A stretch of 64,000 nt of DNA, taken from an uncultured Prevotellaceae bacterium. Its GTDB lineage: Bacteria; Bacteroidota; Bacteroidia; Bacteroidales; Bacteroidaceae. This document shows positions 55,655 to 63,313 of the stretch, one piece after another (position 1 is the stretch's first letter; the number at the start of each line of letters is the position of its first letter). Below the pieces are notes generated by a model, which worked only from the letters and a program-made list of their open reading frames with translations, searched no databases and was not told the DNA's origin. The position numbers and the translations under genes are program-made. The stretch is taken from the NCBI GenBank assembly GCA_947165505.1, contig CAMVAT010000017.1, forward strand, positions 7,253 to 71,252, given 5' to 3'.

Positions 55655-55776
55655 GCGGACCATCGCTTTCCTTATACCACGTTTCCCACCACTTTTCGTC
55701 TGCAAAAGTGGTGGGAAACGTTTTTATTCGTCTGAAAAAGTGGCGAAAATTCTAATTATTCGTCTGCAAAAGTGCC

Positions 55777-56694
55777 TCAGCGGGTGGTGGATTGTCTGAA
55801 AACCAGCCACGGGATGATGCCCTTCCACTTCTTGTGCGGATATCCAGCCACATCGCCGATGTCGTGCTTCTGGCCGTCGGCGGTGCGGTAATAGCTATAG
55901 TTGTCGCCGCCGGTGATATAGATGGCGTCAAGGAAGCCGTATTCGCGCAGCGCATCGGCAAAGTCCCACATGGTCTCTTTCGAGCGCGTCACCACAAAAT
56001 AATACCGCTCACCGATACGTGCGATGGCCTTGCGCTCCACCTTGCCATGCAACTCAAAGTCGTTCGGCAGCACACCGTTGCTCAGCAGCACCATCTGGCG
56101 GAAGAACGACCCGCCCCGCTCTGCCACATAATCCTTCACGGCATCGCTGGCCGACACACCAATCACATAACGGCCGTCGGCCATCGCCATATAGCCCAGA
56201 CGACCCTCGTACGCGGGTTTCTCCTCGCCACCCACCACGAGCGAACCGAGGTAGAGGCTGTCGGCCTTATGGTCGGCCGAGCGGCAGTAGAGAAAGACCG
56301 ACCGGTCGAGCGTGTCGGGCTCCTGCCACTCCAGACTGGCACTCACGCCGTGCAAGGCATAGAAGTCGAGCGCCACGCCGAGGATGCTGTCTTGGGTGTG
56401 CACCACGCCGGGGGTCTCTTTGGCGGCAGTCAGCGTGTCGCCGCTCTGCAGTTTCTCGATGTTTTCTTCGGGAGTGGCAGACAGGGGCAGGTCGAGGTCG
56501 GGCTGATGCCGGCACGACCGGTAGCCCCAGAGAGCCAGCAGCACCAAGGCGAGCACAGCCCCGGCGGCGGCCAGGCGGTGCAACCACAGATACCGTGGCG
56601 GCTGTGGCTGCTCAGCGGTCTGCTCCACGCGCTCTATCAGGAATACAGGCTCCTCAGGTTGCTGTATCTGCTGTTGTGTGTCGATATCGCTCAT
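55777..56694 (-). CDS. membrane-anchored protein with a phosphodiester-glycosidase-like (DUF2233-type) domain
   Basis: Cytoplasmic N-terminus, one TM helix (AAAGAVLALVLLALWGY) and an extracytoplasmic domain (...RQMVLLSNGVLP...AIARIGERYYFVV...DAIYITGGDNY). The family call is tentative. Confidence 0.45.
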   Translation of the reverse strand: MSDIDTQQQIQQPEEPVFLIERVEQTAEQPQPPRYLWLHRLAAAGAVLALVLLALWGYRSCRHQPDLDLPLSATPEENIEKLQSGDTLTAAKETPGVVHTQDSILGVALDFYALHGVSASLEWQEPDTLDRSVFLYCRSADHKADSLYLGSLVVGGEEKPAYEGRLGYMAMADGRYVIGVSASDAVKDYVAERGGSFFRQMVLLSNGVLPNDFELHGKVERKAIARIGERYYFVVTRSKETMWDFADALREYGFLDAIYITGGDNYSYYRTADGQKHDIGDVAGYPHKKWKGIIPWLVFRQSTTR

Positions 56695-56700
56695 AGTGTT

Positions 56701-57087
56701 TTAATACGCTTTTTCCAATTGTTCTTTGAGTGCTTTGAGTGCATCACGCGCCACCTTGACGGTATAGAGGTCGCCCGGGGCACGTCCTTCGGCACGGGCA
56801 TCGCGCAAGAGATGTTTTCCGCCGAAGATGACCACCTGATCCATCAAGTCGATCACCTGCACATACTGCCGGTTGACGATCAGACTGCGGCCCACCCGCA
56901 CAAAGAGGTCGGCATGCTCCAGAAGTTTGAAGTTCTCCTCGAAATGGTGCAGCTGAAACGTCATCTTGCGGCTCCGTCCGTTGATGAGGACCAAGTCGCA
57001 GTAGTTGCCGTCGGCTTTCACATAGACGATGTCGTCGATGTCAACGCGCACCAGCAGGCTCGATGTCTTGATGATAAAACGCTCCAT
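56701..57087 (-). CDS. LytTR-family DNA-binding protein (stand-alone)
   Basis: VRVDIDDIVYVKADGNYCDLVLINGRSRKMTFQLHHFEE...FVRVGRSLIVNRQYV. I chose the start MERFIIK at 57087. Confidence 0.8.
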   Translation of the reverse strand: MERFIIKTSSLLVRVDIDDIVYVKADGNYCDLVLINGRSRKMTFQLHHFEENFKLLEHADLFVRVGRSLIVNRQYVQVIDLMDQVVIFGGKHLLRDARAEGRAPGDLYTVKVARDALKALKEQLEKAY

Positions 57088-57197
57088 ACAGTATATATAA
57101 CGCAAGTATTTCGTGTTTTATTGTGCTTCGGGCGCACCGTAGAAAAAATCCCCACACCCGCCAAGCGGGGTGCGGGGATTTACTACTGAGTCAATCC

Positions 57198-57440
57198 TTA
57201 CTTGGCTTTAGCAGCCTCGGCTTTGTCCTCTGCGGGAGCGGTTTTCTCGTCGGCCTTGGCAGCCTCGCCGGCCTTCGCCTCGGGAGCAGCCTCGCCTTCT
57301 TTCACCTTGGTGGTGTCTTCAGCTGCTTTCACCTCGCTCTGCTCTGTTTGCGGCTGAGCATCCTGTTTCTTCTCATTTCCCGTGCAGGCGGCGAACGACA
57401 TGGCGGCAGCCACCACAACCAGTAACATCAATTTTTTCAT
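57198..57440 (-). CDS. small low-complexity (Ala/Glu/Lys-rich) lipoprotein
   Basis: MKKLMLLVVVAAAMSFAAC lipobox. A TATCTTTG -7 box lies at the complement of 57503-57510. Confidence 0.55.
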   Translation of the reverse strand: MKKLMLLVVVAAAMSFAACTGNEKKQDAQPQTEQSEVKAAEDTTKVKEGEAAPEAKAGEAAKADEKTAPAEDKAEAAKAK

Positions 57441-57595
57441 TTCTCTTTGCTTTTTTTGAGTTAGTAATACAATTTGTCTCTCTCTGTCTTATTCAGACGG
57501 TGCAAAGATAACGTCAAATGATGCTCCGCTCCAAATCTTTTCCCTCACGCTGTATGAAATGCCCCCTTTTTTGTACGAAATGGAGGGCTTCTTTG

Positions 57596-57905
57596 TTGAG
57601 GGTTGAGGGTTGAAGGTTGAGGGTTGAGGGTTGAGGGTTGAAGGTTGAGGGTTGAGGGTTTAGTGTTGAGGGTTCTAGCAGGGTTTTTGTTGAGGGTTGA
57701 GTGTTGAGTGTTTGGAAGTAGGGACAGGGCGTGCCCTGTCCGCAAGAAGCCGGCATTTGATATTCTCACTACGGACAGGGCACGCCCTGTCCCTACTTGC
57801 GCGGAAAAGTAATCTCCTGCCCCTTGCCCCCGGCCCCTCAGAAAAACCCCTGCCCCTAAGCTATCTACTCCCCTCCCTACAAGGGAGGGGCGGGGGTGGG
57901 TCTGC
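57596..57905 (-). repeat. composite repeat filling the ybeY-lipoprotein spacer
   Basis: Module order in the sense (minus) direction: CCCCTCCC hairpin (it holds the ybeY stop codon), G-tract 57811-57856, two palindrome copies 57773-57798 and 57716-57741, CTTCCAAACACTCAACACTCAAC, then 11 heptads (plus strand TTGAGGG/TTGAAGG/TTTAGTG) at 57596-57672. Confidence 0.95.
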
Positions 57906-58314
57906 TCACCATCTCCAGCGCCTTGTTTTCGGCGGCCTCCATCTGTTCGCGCTCTCCGGGTCCTTTGTCATTGATGCCGCAGAGGTGCAGGATGCCGTGT
58001 ATGATGACGCGGTGCAGTTCGGTATCGTAGTCTGTATGCTGCTCCTCTGCGTTAGATCGCACGGTGTCGAGCGAGATGACGATATCGCCGTTGATGGTGT
58101 CGCCCTCGTCGTAGTCGAAGGTAATGATGTCGGTATAGTAATCGTGGCCCAGGTATTGGCGGTTTACCTCGAGTATCTTCTCGTCATCTACGAAGAGGTA
58201 TCCCACCTCGCCTATTTTCTTGCCGTACGAGGCGGCCACCTGTTTGATCCAGGCCGTTGTGTCGCGTCGCCGTATTTTCGGCATCGGCACGTTTTCGTGA
58301 TTGTATGTTATCAT
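57877..58314 (-). CDS. ybeY: rRNA maturation endoribonuclease YbeY
   Basis: HRVIIHGILHLCGINDKGPGE is the H..H.....H zinc motif. The last ~9 codons (SRPTPAPPL) are encoded by a repeat hairpin. Confidence 0.85.
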   Translation of the reverse strand: MITYNHENVPMPKIRRRDTTAWIKQVAASYGKKIGEVGYLFVDDEKILEVNRQYLGHDYYTDIITFDYDEGDTINGDIVISLDTVRSNAEEQHTDYDTELHRVIIHGILHLCGINDKGPGEREQMEAAENKALEMVSRPTPAPPL

Positions 58315-58352
58315 AGTTGTTTTTGGGGAGTTTAGACATTAGTTATCGTGGT

Positions 58353-58477
58353 TGGAAGTAGGGACGAACTCGTTCGTTGGGATTTGCAATCCCGACGCAT
58401 GGAATATCAGGATTTATAATCCGAGAGTAGCATTGCAAATCTCTCACCTCTCACCTCTCACCTCTTACCTCTTACCT
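58353..58477 (-). repeat. composite repeat filling the coaD-ybeY spacer
   Basis: CACCTCT/TACCTCT heptads at 58441-58477 abut the coaD stop codon. Then GCATTGCAAAT, GGATTTATAATCC, GGGATTTGCAATCCC and a half palindrome. Confidence 0.95.
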
Positions 58478-58915
58478 CTATATAGGCAGAAACTCACTGA
58501 CATCCCGTCCGAAATGCTCCAGTTCGCGCACCATCGTCGAACTGACGCAGGCCAATGCGGGATCGGCAGGCAGCAGCAGGGTGTCGATGCCGCTGATACG
58601 TCGGTTGATATCGGCCTGTTCGCGCTCATATTCGTAGTCTTTGACGCTGCGCACGCCCTTGACGATGACGCCGGCCCCTTCGCGCCGTGCGAAATCGACC
58701 GTCAGGTCACTGTAGGCCTTCACCTCCAGTCGCGGTTCATCGGCATATCGTTGCCTGATGGCGTTGATGCGCTCCTCGGTCGTCTGCCGGTATGTCTTCC
58801 TCTCGTTGACCCCCACGCCCACAATCACCTGGTCGAAGAGTGCCAGTGTGCGCCGTACGATATCGTCATGACCGATAGTAAAGGGGTCGAAACTGCCAGT
58901 AATCAATGCTTTCAT
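58478..58915 (-). CDS. coaD: pantetheine-phosphate adenylyltransferase
   Basis: MKALITGSFDPFTIGHDDIV (the T/HxGH motif) and ...ISSTMVRE. Confidence 0.9.
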   Translation of the reverse strand: MKALITGSFDPFTIGHDDIVRRTLALFDQVIVGVGVNERKTYRQTTEERINAIRQRYADEPRLEVKAYSDLTVDFARREGAGVIVKGVRSVKDYEYEREQADINRRISGIDTLLLPADPALACVSSTMVRELEHFGRDVSEFLPI

Positions 58916-58934
58916 GTGTTGTGGTTTGTTCTTT

Positions 58935-59069
58935 TTATTGAGTGTTTAGGGCCGGGCTTTCTGGGCTTTCCGAGTTTATTGCGGGGTGCTCGGAGCATAT
59001 CTCCTGCCCCCTGCCCCCTGCCTCCTGCTCCCTGTCCCTTGCCCCAAAATATCCTCTTACCTCTCACCT
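58935..59069 (-). repeat. composite repeat filling the ruvB-coaD spacer
   Basis: Module order in the sense direction: GAGGT heptads at 59053-59069 abutting the ruvB stop, G-tract 58999-59045, ATGCTCCGAGCACCCCGCAATAAAC (the same 25-mer as at 53330-53354), and CCTAAACACTCAA. Confidence 0.95.
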
Positions 59070-60098
59070 CTAAAACAGCGTCGGCTCCATGATATTGCCT
59101 TGATAGGGGTTGCGCCCCAGGTGTTGGTAGGCCAGAGGTGTGACCATACGTCCGCGTGGTGTGCGTTTGATGAATCCCTCCATGATGAGGAAGGGCTCAT
59201 ACACCTCCTCCACCGTGCCTGCATCTTCGCCGATGGCGGTGGCGATGGTAGAGATGCCCACGGGGCCGCCTCGGAACTTATCGATGATCGTGAGCAGTAT
59301 CTTATGGTCGATGTCGTCGAGCCCGTACTGGTCGATGTTGAGCGCCTGCAGCGACAGCCGTGCGATGCTCATGTCTATGCGGCCGTCGCCGCGCACCTGT
59401 GCGAAGTCGCGCACGCGCCTGAGCAGCGCATTGGCGATACGTGGCGTGCCGCGGCTGCGCCGTGCTATCTCGTGTGCCGCCTCTTCGTCGATGGGCACGC
59501 CCAGTATGCCTGCCGAGCGCCGTATGATGTGCATCAGCGTGTCGGGGTCGTAGTACTCCAGGTGCAGGTTGATGCCGAAGCGGGCGCGCAGGGGTGCCGT
59601 GAGCAGTCCGCTGCGTGTGGTAGCGCCCACGAGGGTGAAGGGGTTCAGGTCTATCTGTATCGACCGTGCCGACGGTCCTTTGTCGATCATGATGTCGATG
59701 CGATAGTCTTCCATGGCGCTGTAGAGGTATTCCTCGACCACGGGCGACAGTCGGTGTATCTCATCGATGAAGAGCACGTCGCGCGGCTCGAGCGAGGTGA
59801 GGATGCCAGCCAGGTCGCCGGGCTTGTCGAGCACCGGTCCCGAGGTGAGTTTGAACCCCACGCCCAGTTCGTTGGCGATGATATTGCTCAGGGTAGTCTT
59901 GCCCAGTCCGGGGGGGCCGTGCAGCAGGGTGTGGTCGAGCGGTTCGCCGCGGTATTTGGCGGCCTCTACAAACACCTCCAGGTTTTCCACCACCTTCTGT
60001 TGTCCGCTGAAGTCGCCGAAGCTCAGGGGTCGCAGCGCGTTCTCGAAATCCTTTTCGCCGCGTGCCCCTTCGTGTCTGATGTCGAAGTTGTCGTTCAT
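59070..60098 (-). CDS. ruvB: Holliday junction branch-migration helicase RuvB
   Basis: [13 protein letters not shown] (Walker A), [10 protein letters not shown] (Walker B) and [19 protein letters not shown] chose the start [11 protein letters not shown] at 60098. Confidence 0.9.
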   Translation of the reverse strand: MNDNFDIRHEGARGEKDFENALRPLSFGDFSGQQKVVENLEVFVEAAKYRGEPLDHTLLHGPPGLGKTTLSNIIANELGVGFKLTSGPVLDKPGDLAGILTSLEPRDVLFIDEIHRLSPVVEEYLYSAMEDYRIDIMIDKGPSARSIQIDLNPFTLVGATTRSGLLTAPLRARFGINLHLEYYDPDTLMHIIRRSAGILGVPIDEEAAHEIARRSRGTPRIANALLRRVRDFAQVRGDGRIDMSIARLSLQALNIDQYGLDDIDHKILLTIIDKFRGGPVGISTIATAIGEDAGTVEEVYEPFLIMEGFIKRTPRGRMVTPLAYQHLGRNPYQGNIMEPTLF

Positions 60099-60189
60099 AT
60101 CGACCGCAAAATTACGCAATTCCTTTTAATTTTTGTCTCTTTTTCTCAAATAATTGCAGAAAATATTTGGAGGATTGCCAGAAAACGTT

Positions 60190-60197
60190 TACCTTTG
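60190..60197 (+). promoter_or_regulatory. -7 box TACCTTTG for the tRNA gene
   Basis: Exact TAnnTTTG match 37 nt upstream of tRNA position 1. Confidence 0.5.
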
Positions 60198-60233
60198 CAT
60201 CCGCTTTTATGCCATCCGTGGCATTTAGCGTTT

Positions 60234-60307
60234 GGACTTGTAGCTCAGTTGGTTAGAGCAACAGACTCATAATCTGGAGGTCCCAGGTTCAAGCCCTGGC
60301 TGGTCCA
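60234..60307 (+). tRNA. tRNA with a CAU anticodon (elongator tRNA-Met, or tRNA-Ile2 if lysidine-modified)
   Basis: GGACTTG-TA-GCTCAGTTGGTTAGAGC-A-ACAGA-CTCATAA-TCTGG-AGGTC-CCAGG-TTCAAGC-CCTGG-CTGGTCC-A folds as a cloverleaf with one U-U and one G-U in the acceptor stem. The initiator features are absent: no three G-C pairs in the anticodon stem. No encoded CCA. Confidence 0.85.
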
Positions 60308-60318
60308 CTTTGGAAATC

Positions 60319-60352
60319 AAGCACTTACGAGTTTCTCGCAAGTGCTTTTTCT
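60319..60352 (+). terminator. intrinsic terminator after the tRNA
   Basis: AAGCACTTACGA-GTTTC-TCGCAAGTGCTT followed by TTTTC. Confidence 0.6.
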
Positions 60353-60403
60353 TTTACTGGTGACCTTCAAGTGACCTTTTTGAAACAAAAGTGACCTCGC
60401 GTT

Positions 60404-60430
60404 ACCCTCTGAAACGTAGAGGGTTTTTTT
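60404..60430 (+). terminator. second hairpin plus T7
   Basis: ACCCTCT-GAAACGT-AGAGGGT followed by TTTTTT. It is preceded by three GTGACCT direct repeats at 60360, 60371 and 60391. Confidence 0.45.
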
Positions 60431-60736
60431 GTGAGTTCAAGAAATGTTTTCGCAAAGATTACAGCGAAAACAAGGAGCATTATCTCAAAGCGGCAAGCAG
60501 GAAAAGTAAACCAGACACCAGATTTAGGTATGTGGTTTGGAGTTGCCCCAGCTAATCACCAAGAAATCCATATTTGGTGGATATATGAACAGCAAAAACA
60601 CATAAAAAAGCATAAAATAGGGGCACACAACCACGATTATTTAAAAGAGAGTGGCAGAAATTGAAAGTATTTCACTACCTTTGCAGGGTAAACATTGCAT
60701 TAAATATAATATCTGGAAGATATTAACCGAATAAAG

Positions 60737-60946
60737 ATGGTTCTGTTCGAGAAGAAGAAAACTGCTAGATGGCTGGCAGGTGAAATGGGCGTCACCCCAT
60801 CTACCGTCAGCAAGTGGTGCACCAACTCTTCTCAGCCTGACCTCGCCACGATACTCAAAATTGCAGATTTGTTAGAGGTCGATATACGGGAGTTGTTTGT
60901 GAGGGAGTATAAGCAATATTTGGTTTCACAGGAACTGGAAAAATAA
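60737..60946 (+). CDS. XRE-family helix-turn-helix protein (69 aa)
   Basis: TARWLAGEMGVTPSTVSKWCTNSSQPDLATILKIADLLEVDIRELF is an HTH_3/Cro-C1 pattern. A TACCTTTG -7 box lies at 60676-60683. Confidence 0.75.
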   Translation: MVLFEKKKTARWLAGEMGVTPSTVSKWCTNSSQPDLATILKIADLLEVDIRELFVREYKQYLVSQELEK

Positions 60947-61093
60947 GAGTATAATTGTATTATGGGCAAGAGTCTAAATTTGCACGCTTTCCCTGAAGAA
61001 GTTATTCTACGTAAGAATACCATAACAACGGAAGCTCCACAACCAGATAGCATCCAGATTAAAGCAGCATCAGAACCAGCCAAATAACGCATT

Positions 61094-61681
61094 ATGAGTG
61101 ATATTCTGACAAACGCACAAAGACATACCTATATGGCGGCTATCCACGGCAAAGACACGAAACCAGAGATGGTGGTGCGTCGCTGGCTGTGGGGGCATGG
61201 GTATCGCTATCGGCTGAATCATAAGCGGTTGCCGGGGAAACCTGACATCGTGATGCGGAAGTACAGGACGTGCTTCTTTGTGAACGGGTGCTTCTGGCAC
61301 GGCCATTTGGTGAAGTTTTCACCAAATGATAGTTCAGAGTTTAGTGTTGAGCGTTTAGAGTCAGTTGAAAGTGGAGAGGTGAAAGGTTCCGAGTGCTGCA
61401 AGATTCCGAAGACGAATCGGGAGTTTTGGGTGGCAAAGATAAGGAGGAATCAGGAACGTGATGCGAGAGTGCAGCATGAGCTGGCTGAGATGGGCTGGCA
61501 CTCTATCACGATTTGGGAATGTGAACTGAAGCCGAAGGTCAGGGAAAAGACATTGGAATCGCTGGCATACACGCTCAACAGGATTTTCCTGCAAGATAGG
61601 ACTATCAAGCGTTATGAGATTCCAAAGGAAGAACCCATGATGGCGGCAGAGGACACACCTGAATACAACAATAACAGATAG
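61094..61681 (+). CDS. vsr: very-short-patch repair endonuclease (Vsr) carrying a 29-aa internal insertion
   Basis: RSKNM-equivalent N-terminus (NAQRHTYMAAIHGKDTKPE), LPGKPDIV, FVNGCFWHGH, then an insert at 61307-61393, then CKIPKTNREFWVAKIRRNQERD and GWHSITIWECEL. Confidence 0.8.
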   Translation: MSDILTNAQRHTYMAAIHGKDTKPEMVVRRWLWGHGYRYRLNHKRLPGKPDIVMRKYRTCFFVNGCFWHGHLVKFSPNDSSEFSVERLESVESGEVKGSECCKIPKTNREFWVAKIRRNQERDARVQHELAEMGWHSITIWECELKPKVREKTLESLAYTLNRIFLQDRTIKRYEIPKEEPMMAAEDTPEYNNNR

Positions 61682-61700
61682 AATAGGAACGTTATAAGAT

Positions 61701-62861
61701 ATGTCACAGAAAGAAGGTTATATAAATTTTGAGGAATACTCACAAGTAGGGGAACCTCAGAAAGCGGAAAGGGCTTACGCATGGAGCACTGCTATCGGTC
61801 TTCAGGCTGTAGATGGGCTAGCTGTGTCGCAATATCTCAAAGATACAGCCGTAAGGAATATTGAGGGTGAAATCTCCATTGATGAAGCTCGTGAACTTAT
61901 CAAGACCTATTATCAGACAAAAACAAACCGTGAGCCAGACGACGAAGAGAAGCAGGAAGCCGATAAGGTTTCAGGCAACATTGCGAAGATCTTAGCCGAG
62001 CAGTCGTTCTCCTTTAGTGTACCGACACTCATTTCCATCCATCGTCATATTTTCGAGGGAGTGTTCAAGCACGCCGGACAGCTGCGCAATTACGACATTA
62101 CGAAAAAGGAATGGGTGTTACGTGGCGATACGGTACTCTATGGACGGAGTCAAGACTTGCGAATGGCTCTGGAGTATGACATGGAGCAAGAACGACAGTT
62201 CGATTATAGCGGATTAAATATGGGACAGGTGGTGGAGCATCTCGCAAAGTTTGTGTCTGGCATCTGGCAGATACATCCTTTCCGAGAAGGAAACACGCGA
62301 ACGACGGCTGTTTTCACCATTAAGTATCTGCGTTCCATCGGGTTCGACGTTACCAATCACCTATTTTCCATGCATTCGTGGTATTTCCGGAATGCGCTTG
62401 TACGGGCCAATTACCAAAATATAGCCAAGGGGATTCAGCGTGACGCCCGATTCCTGGAACTGTTCTTCCGAAACTTGCTGATGGGCGAAAAGAACGAGTT
62501 GCGCAACCGTTATATGCTCGTTAATCCGCCAGAAGGACTTGCAGCCCCTGCAAGCACCCCATCAAGTACCCCCGCAAGTACCCCATCAAGTGCTGGCGTT
62601 CCATTCACGACCGACAATGAGAATATTTTGCGGTTGGTCAAAGCTATTGGCCATCGCCAGCTCTCCGTAAAGGAGATGCTTGCTGCCGTTGGTCTGAAAG
62701 ACCGAATGAATTTTATGGAGTATTCTCTTACCCCGGCAATGGCTGAAGGTTTTGTCTGCCTGCTCTATCCAGATAAGCCTCGACATCCAAGACAAAAGTA
62801 TTTGTTAACAGTCAAGGGTTCCGCCCTCTATAACGAACTGACAAAGGATGCGAGCAAATGA
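61701..62861 (+). CDS. Fic/Fido-domain protein with an N-terminal VbhA-like helix region and a C-terminal wHTH-like domain
   Basis: Fic motif HPFREGNTRTTA at 62274-62309 (canonical HxFx(D/E)GNGRxxR). The N-terminus AIGLQAVDGLAVSQYL...GEISIDEA resembles antitoxin VbhA. An STP-rich linker (PASTPSSTPASTPSS) follows, then a winged-helix-like tail. Confidence 0.8.
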   Translation: MSQKEGYINFEEYSQVGEPQKAERAYAWSTAIGLQAVDGLAVSQYLKDTAVRNIEGEISIDEARELIKTYYQTKTNREPDDEEKQEADKVSGNIAKILAEQSFSFSVPTLISIHRHIFEGVFKHAGQLRNYDITKKEWVLRGDTVLYGRSQDLRMALEYDMEQERQFDYSGLNMGQVVEHLAKFVSGIWQIHPFREGNTRTTAVFTIKYLRSIGFDVTNHLFSMHSWYFRNALVRANYQNIAKGIQRDARFLELFFRNLLMGEKNELRNRYMLVNPPEGLAAPASTPSSTPASTPSSAGVPFTTDNENILRLVKAIGHRQLSVKEMLAAVGLKDRMNFMEYSLTPAMAEGFVCLLYPDKPRHPRQKYLLTVKGSALYNELTKDASK

Positions 62862-62908
62862 AGTTAGACATTGGGGGGGAACTGCAAAGACACAATGCCA
62901 TTTGAAGG

Positions 62909-62947
62909 AAAACCGAATCACATTGGCGATTCACCAATGTGACTCGG
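62909..62947 (-). terminator. terminator for the convergent minus-strand pair
   Basis: CCGAATCACATTGG-7 nt-CCAATGTGACTCGG (13 of 14 bp paired), followed on the minus strand by TTTT. Confidence 0.55.
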
Positions 62948-63005
62948 AAAGGGAGTGTCAAAAATAACATCTCCTTGATTCCACAGTGAAAATTCGACCA
63001 TCACA

Positions 63006-63305
63006 TCACATTCCCCAACAGGGTCTTTTTCTTCGTGCCATCCCAGTTGGTAAGTTCACCATTGGAACCGTAGCCATCCTGCGTTGCTTTTCGTCAGTCG
63101 GGTCAAGGCCATACCTGAATGCTATTGCAATGATGCTCCATGCAACAGAGTTACCCTGCTTTGGCTGGAAGTCGTCGTCTTTGCCATCTGCATAATCACT
63201 GATGGCTGCAACTCCATCTTTAATCCATTTGTCAATCTGCTTCTTGAAGGCTTCTTTATTCTGTTGAACACTCTCCCAGATTTCCTTGATTTCAGGGATG
63301 TCCAA
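63006..63305 (-). CDS. hypothetical protein (99 aa), downstream partner of the HD hydrolase
   Basis: The ATG lies 8 nt after the upstream stop on the same strand. The N-terminal half looks protein-like (MDIPEIKEIWESVQQNKEAFKKQIDKWIKDG). I recognise no motif. Confidence 0.4.
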   Translation of the reverse strand: MDIPEIKEIWESVQQNKEAFKKQIDKWIKDGVAAISDYADGKDDDFQPKQGNSVAWSIIAIAFRYGLDPTDEKQRRMATVPMVNLPTGMARRKRPCWGM

Positions 63306-63313
63306 TAATTGAC

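Noticed and set aside
60234-60307. Calling the tRNA an initiator tRNA-fMet.
   Set aside because: The anticodon stem lacks the three consecutive G-C pairs and position 1-72 is a normal G-C pair. Elongator Met or lysidine-dependent Ile2 remain possible and cannot be separated by eye.
60431-60664. A 77-aa ORF right after the tRNA, considered as a possible island gene or integrase remnant.
   Set aside because: It starts with GTG, has Lys/His-rich low complexity, shows no integrase motif (no R..H..R..Y pattern) and has no -7 box. I treat it as non-coding island leader.
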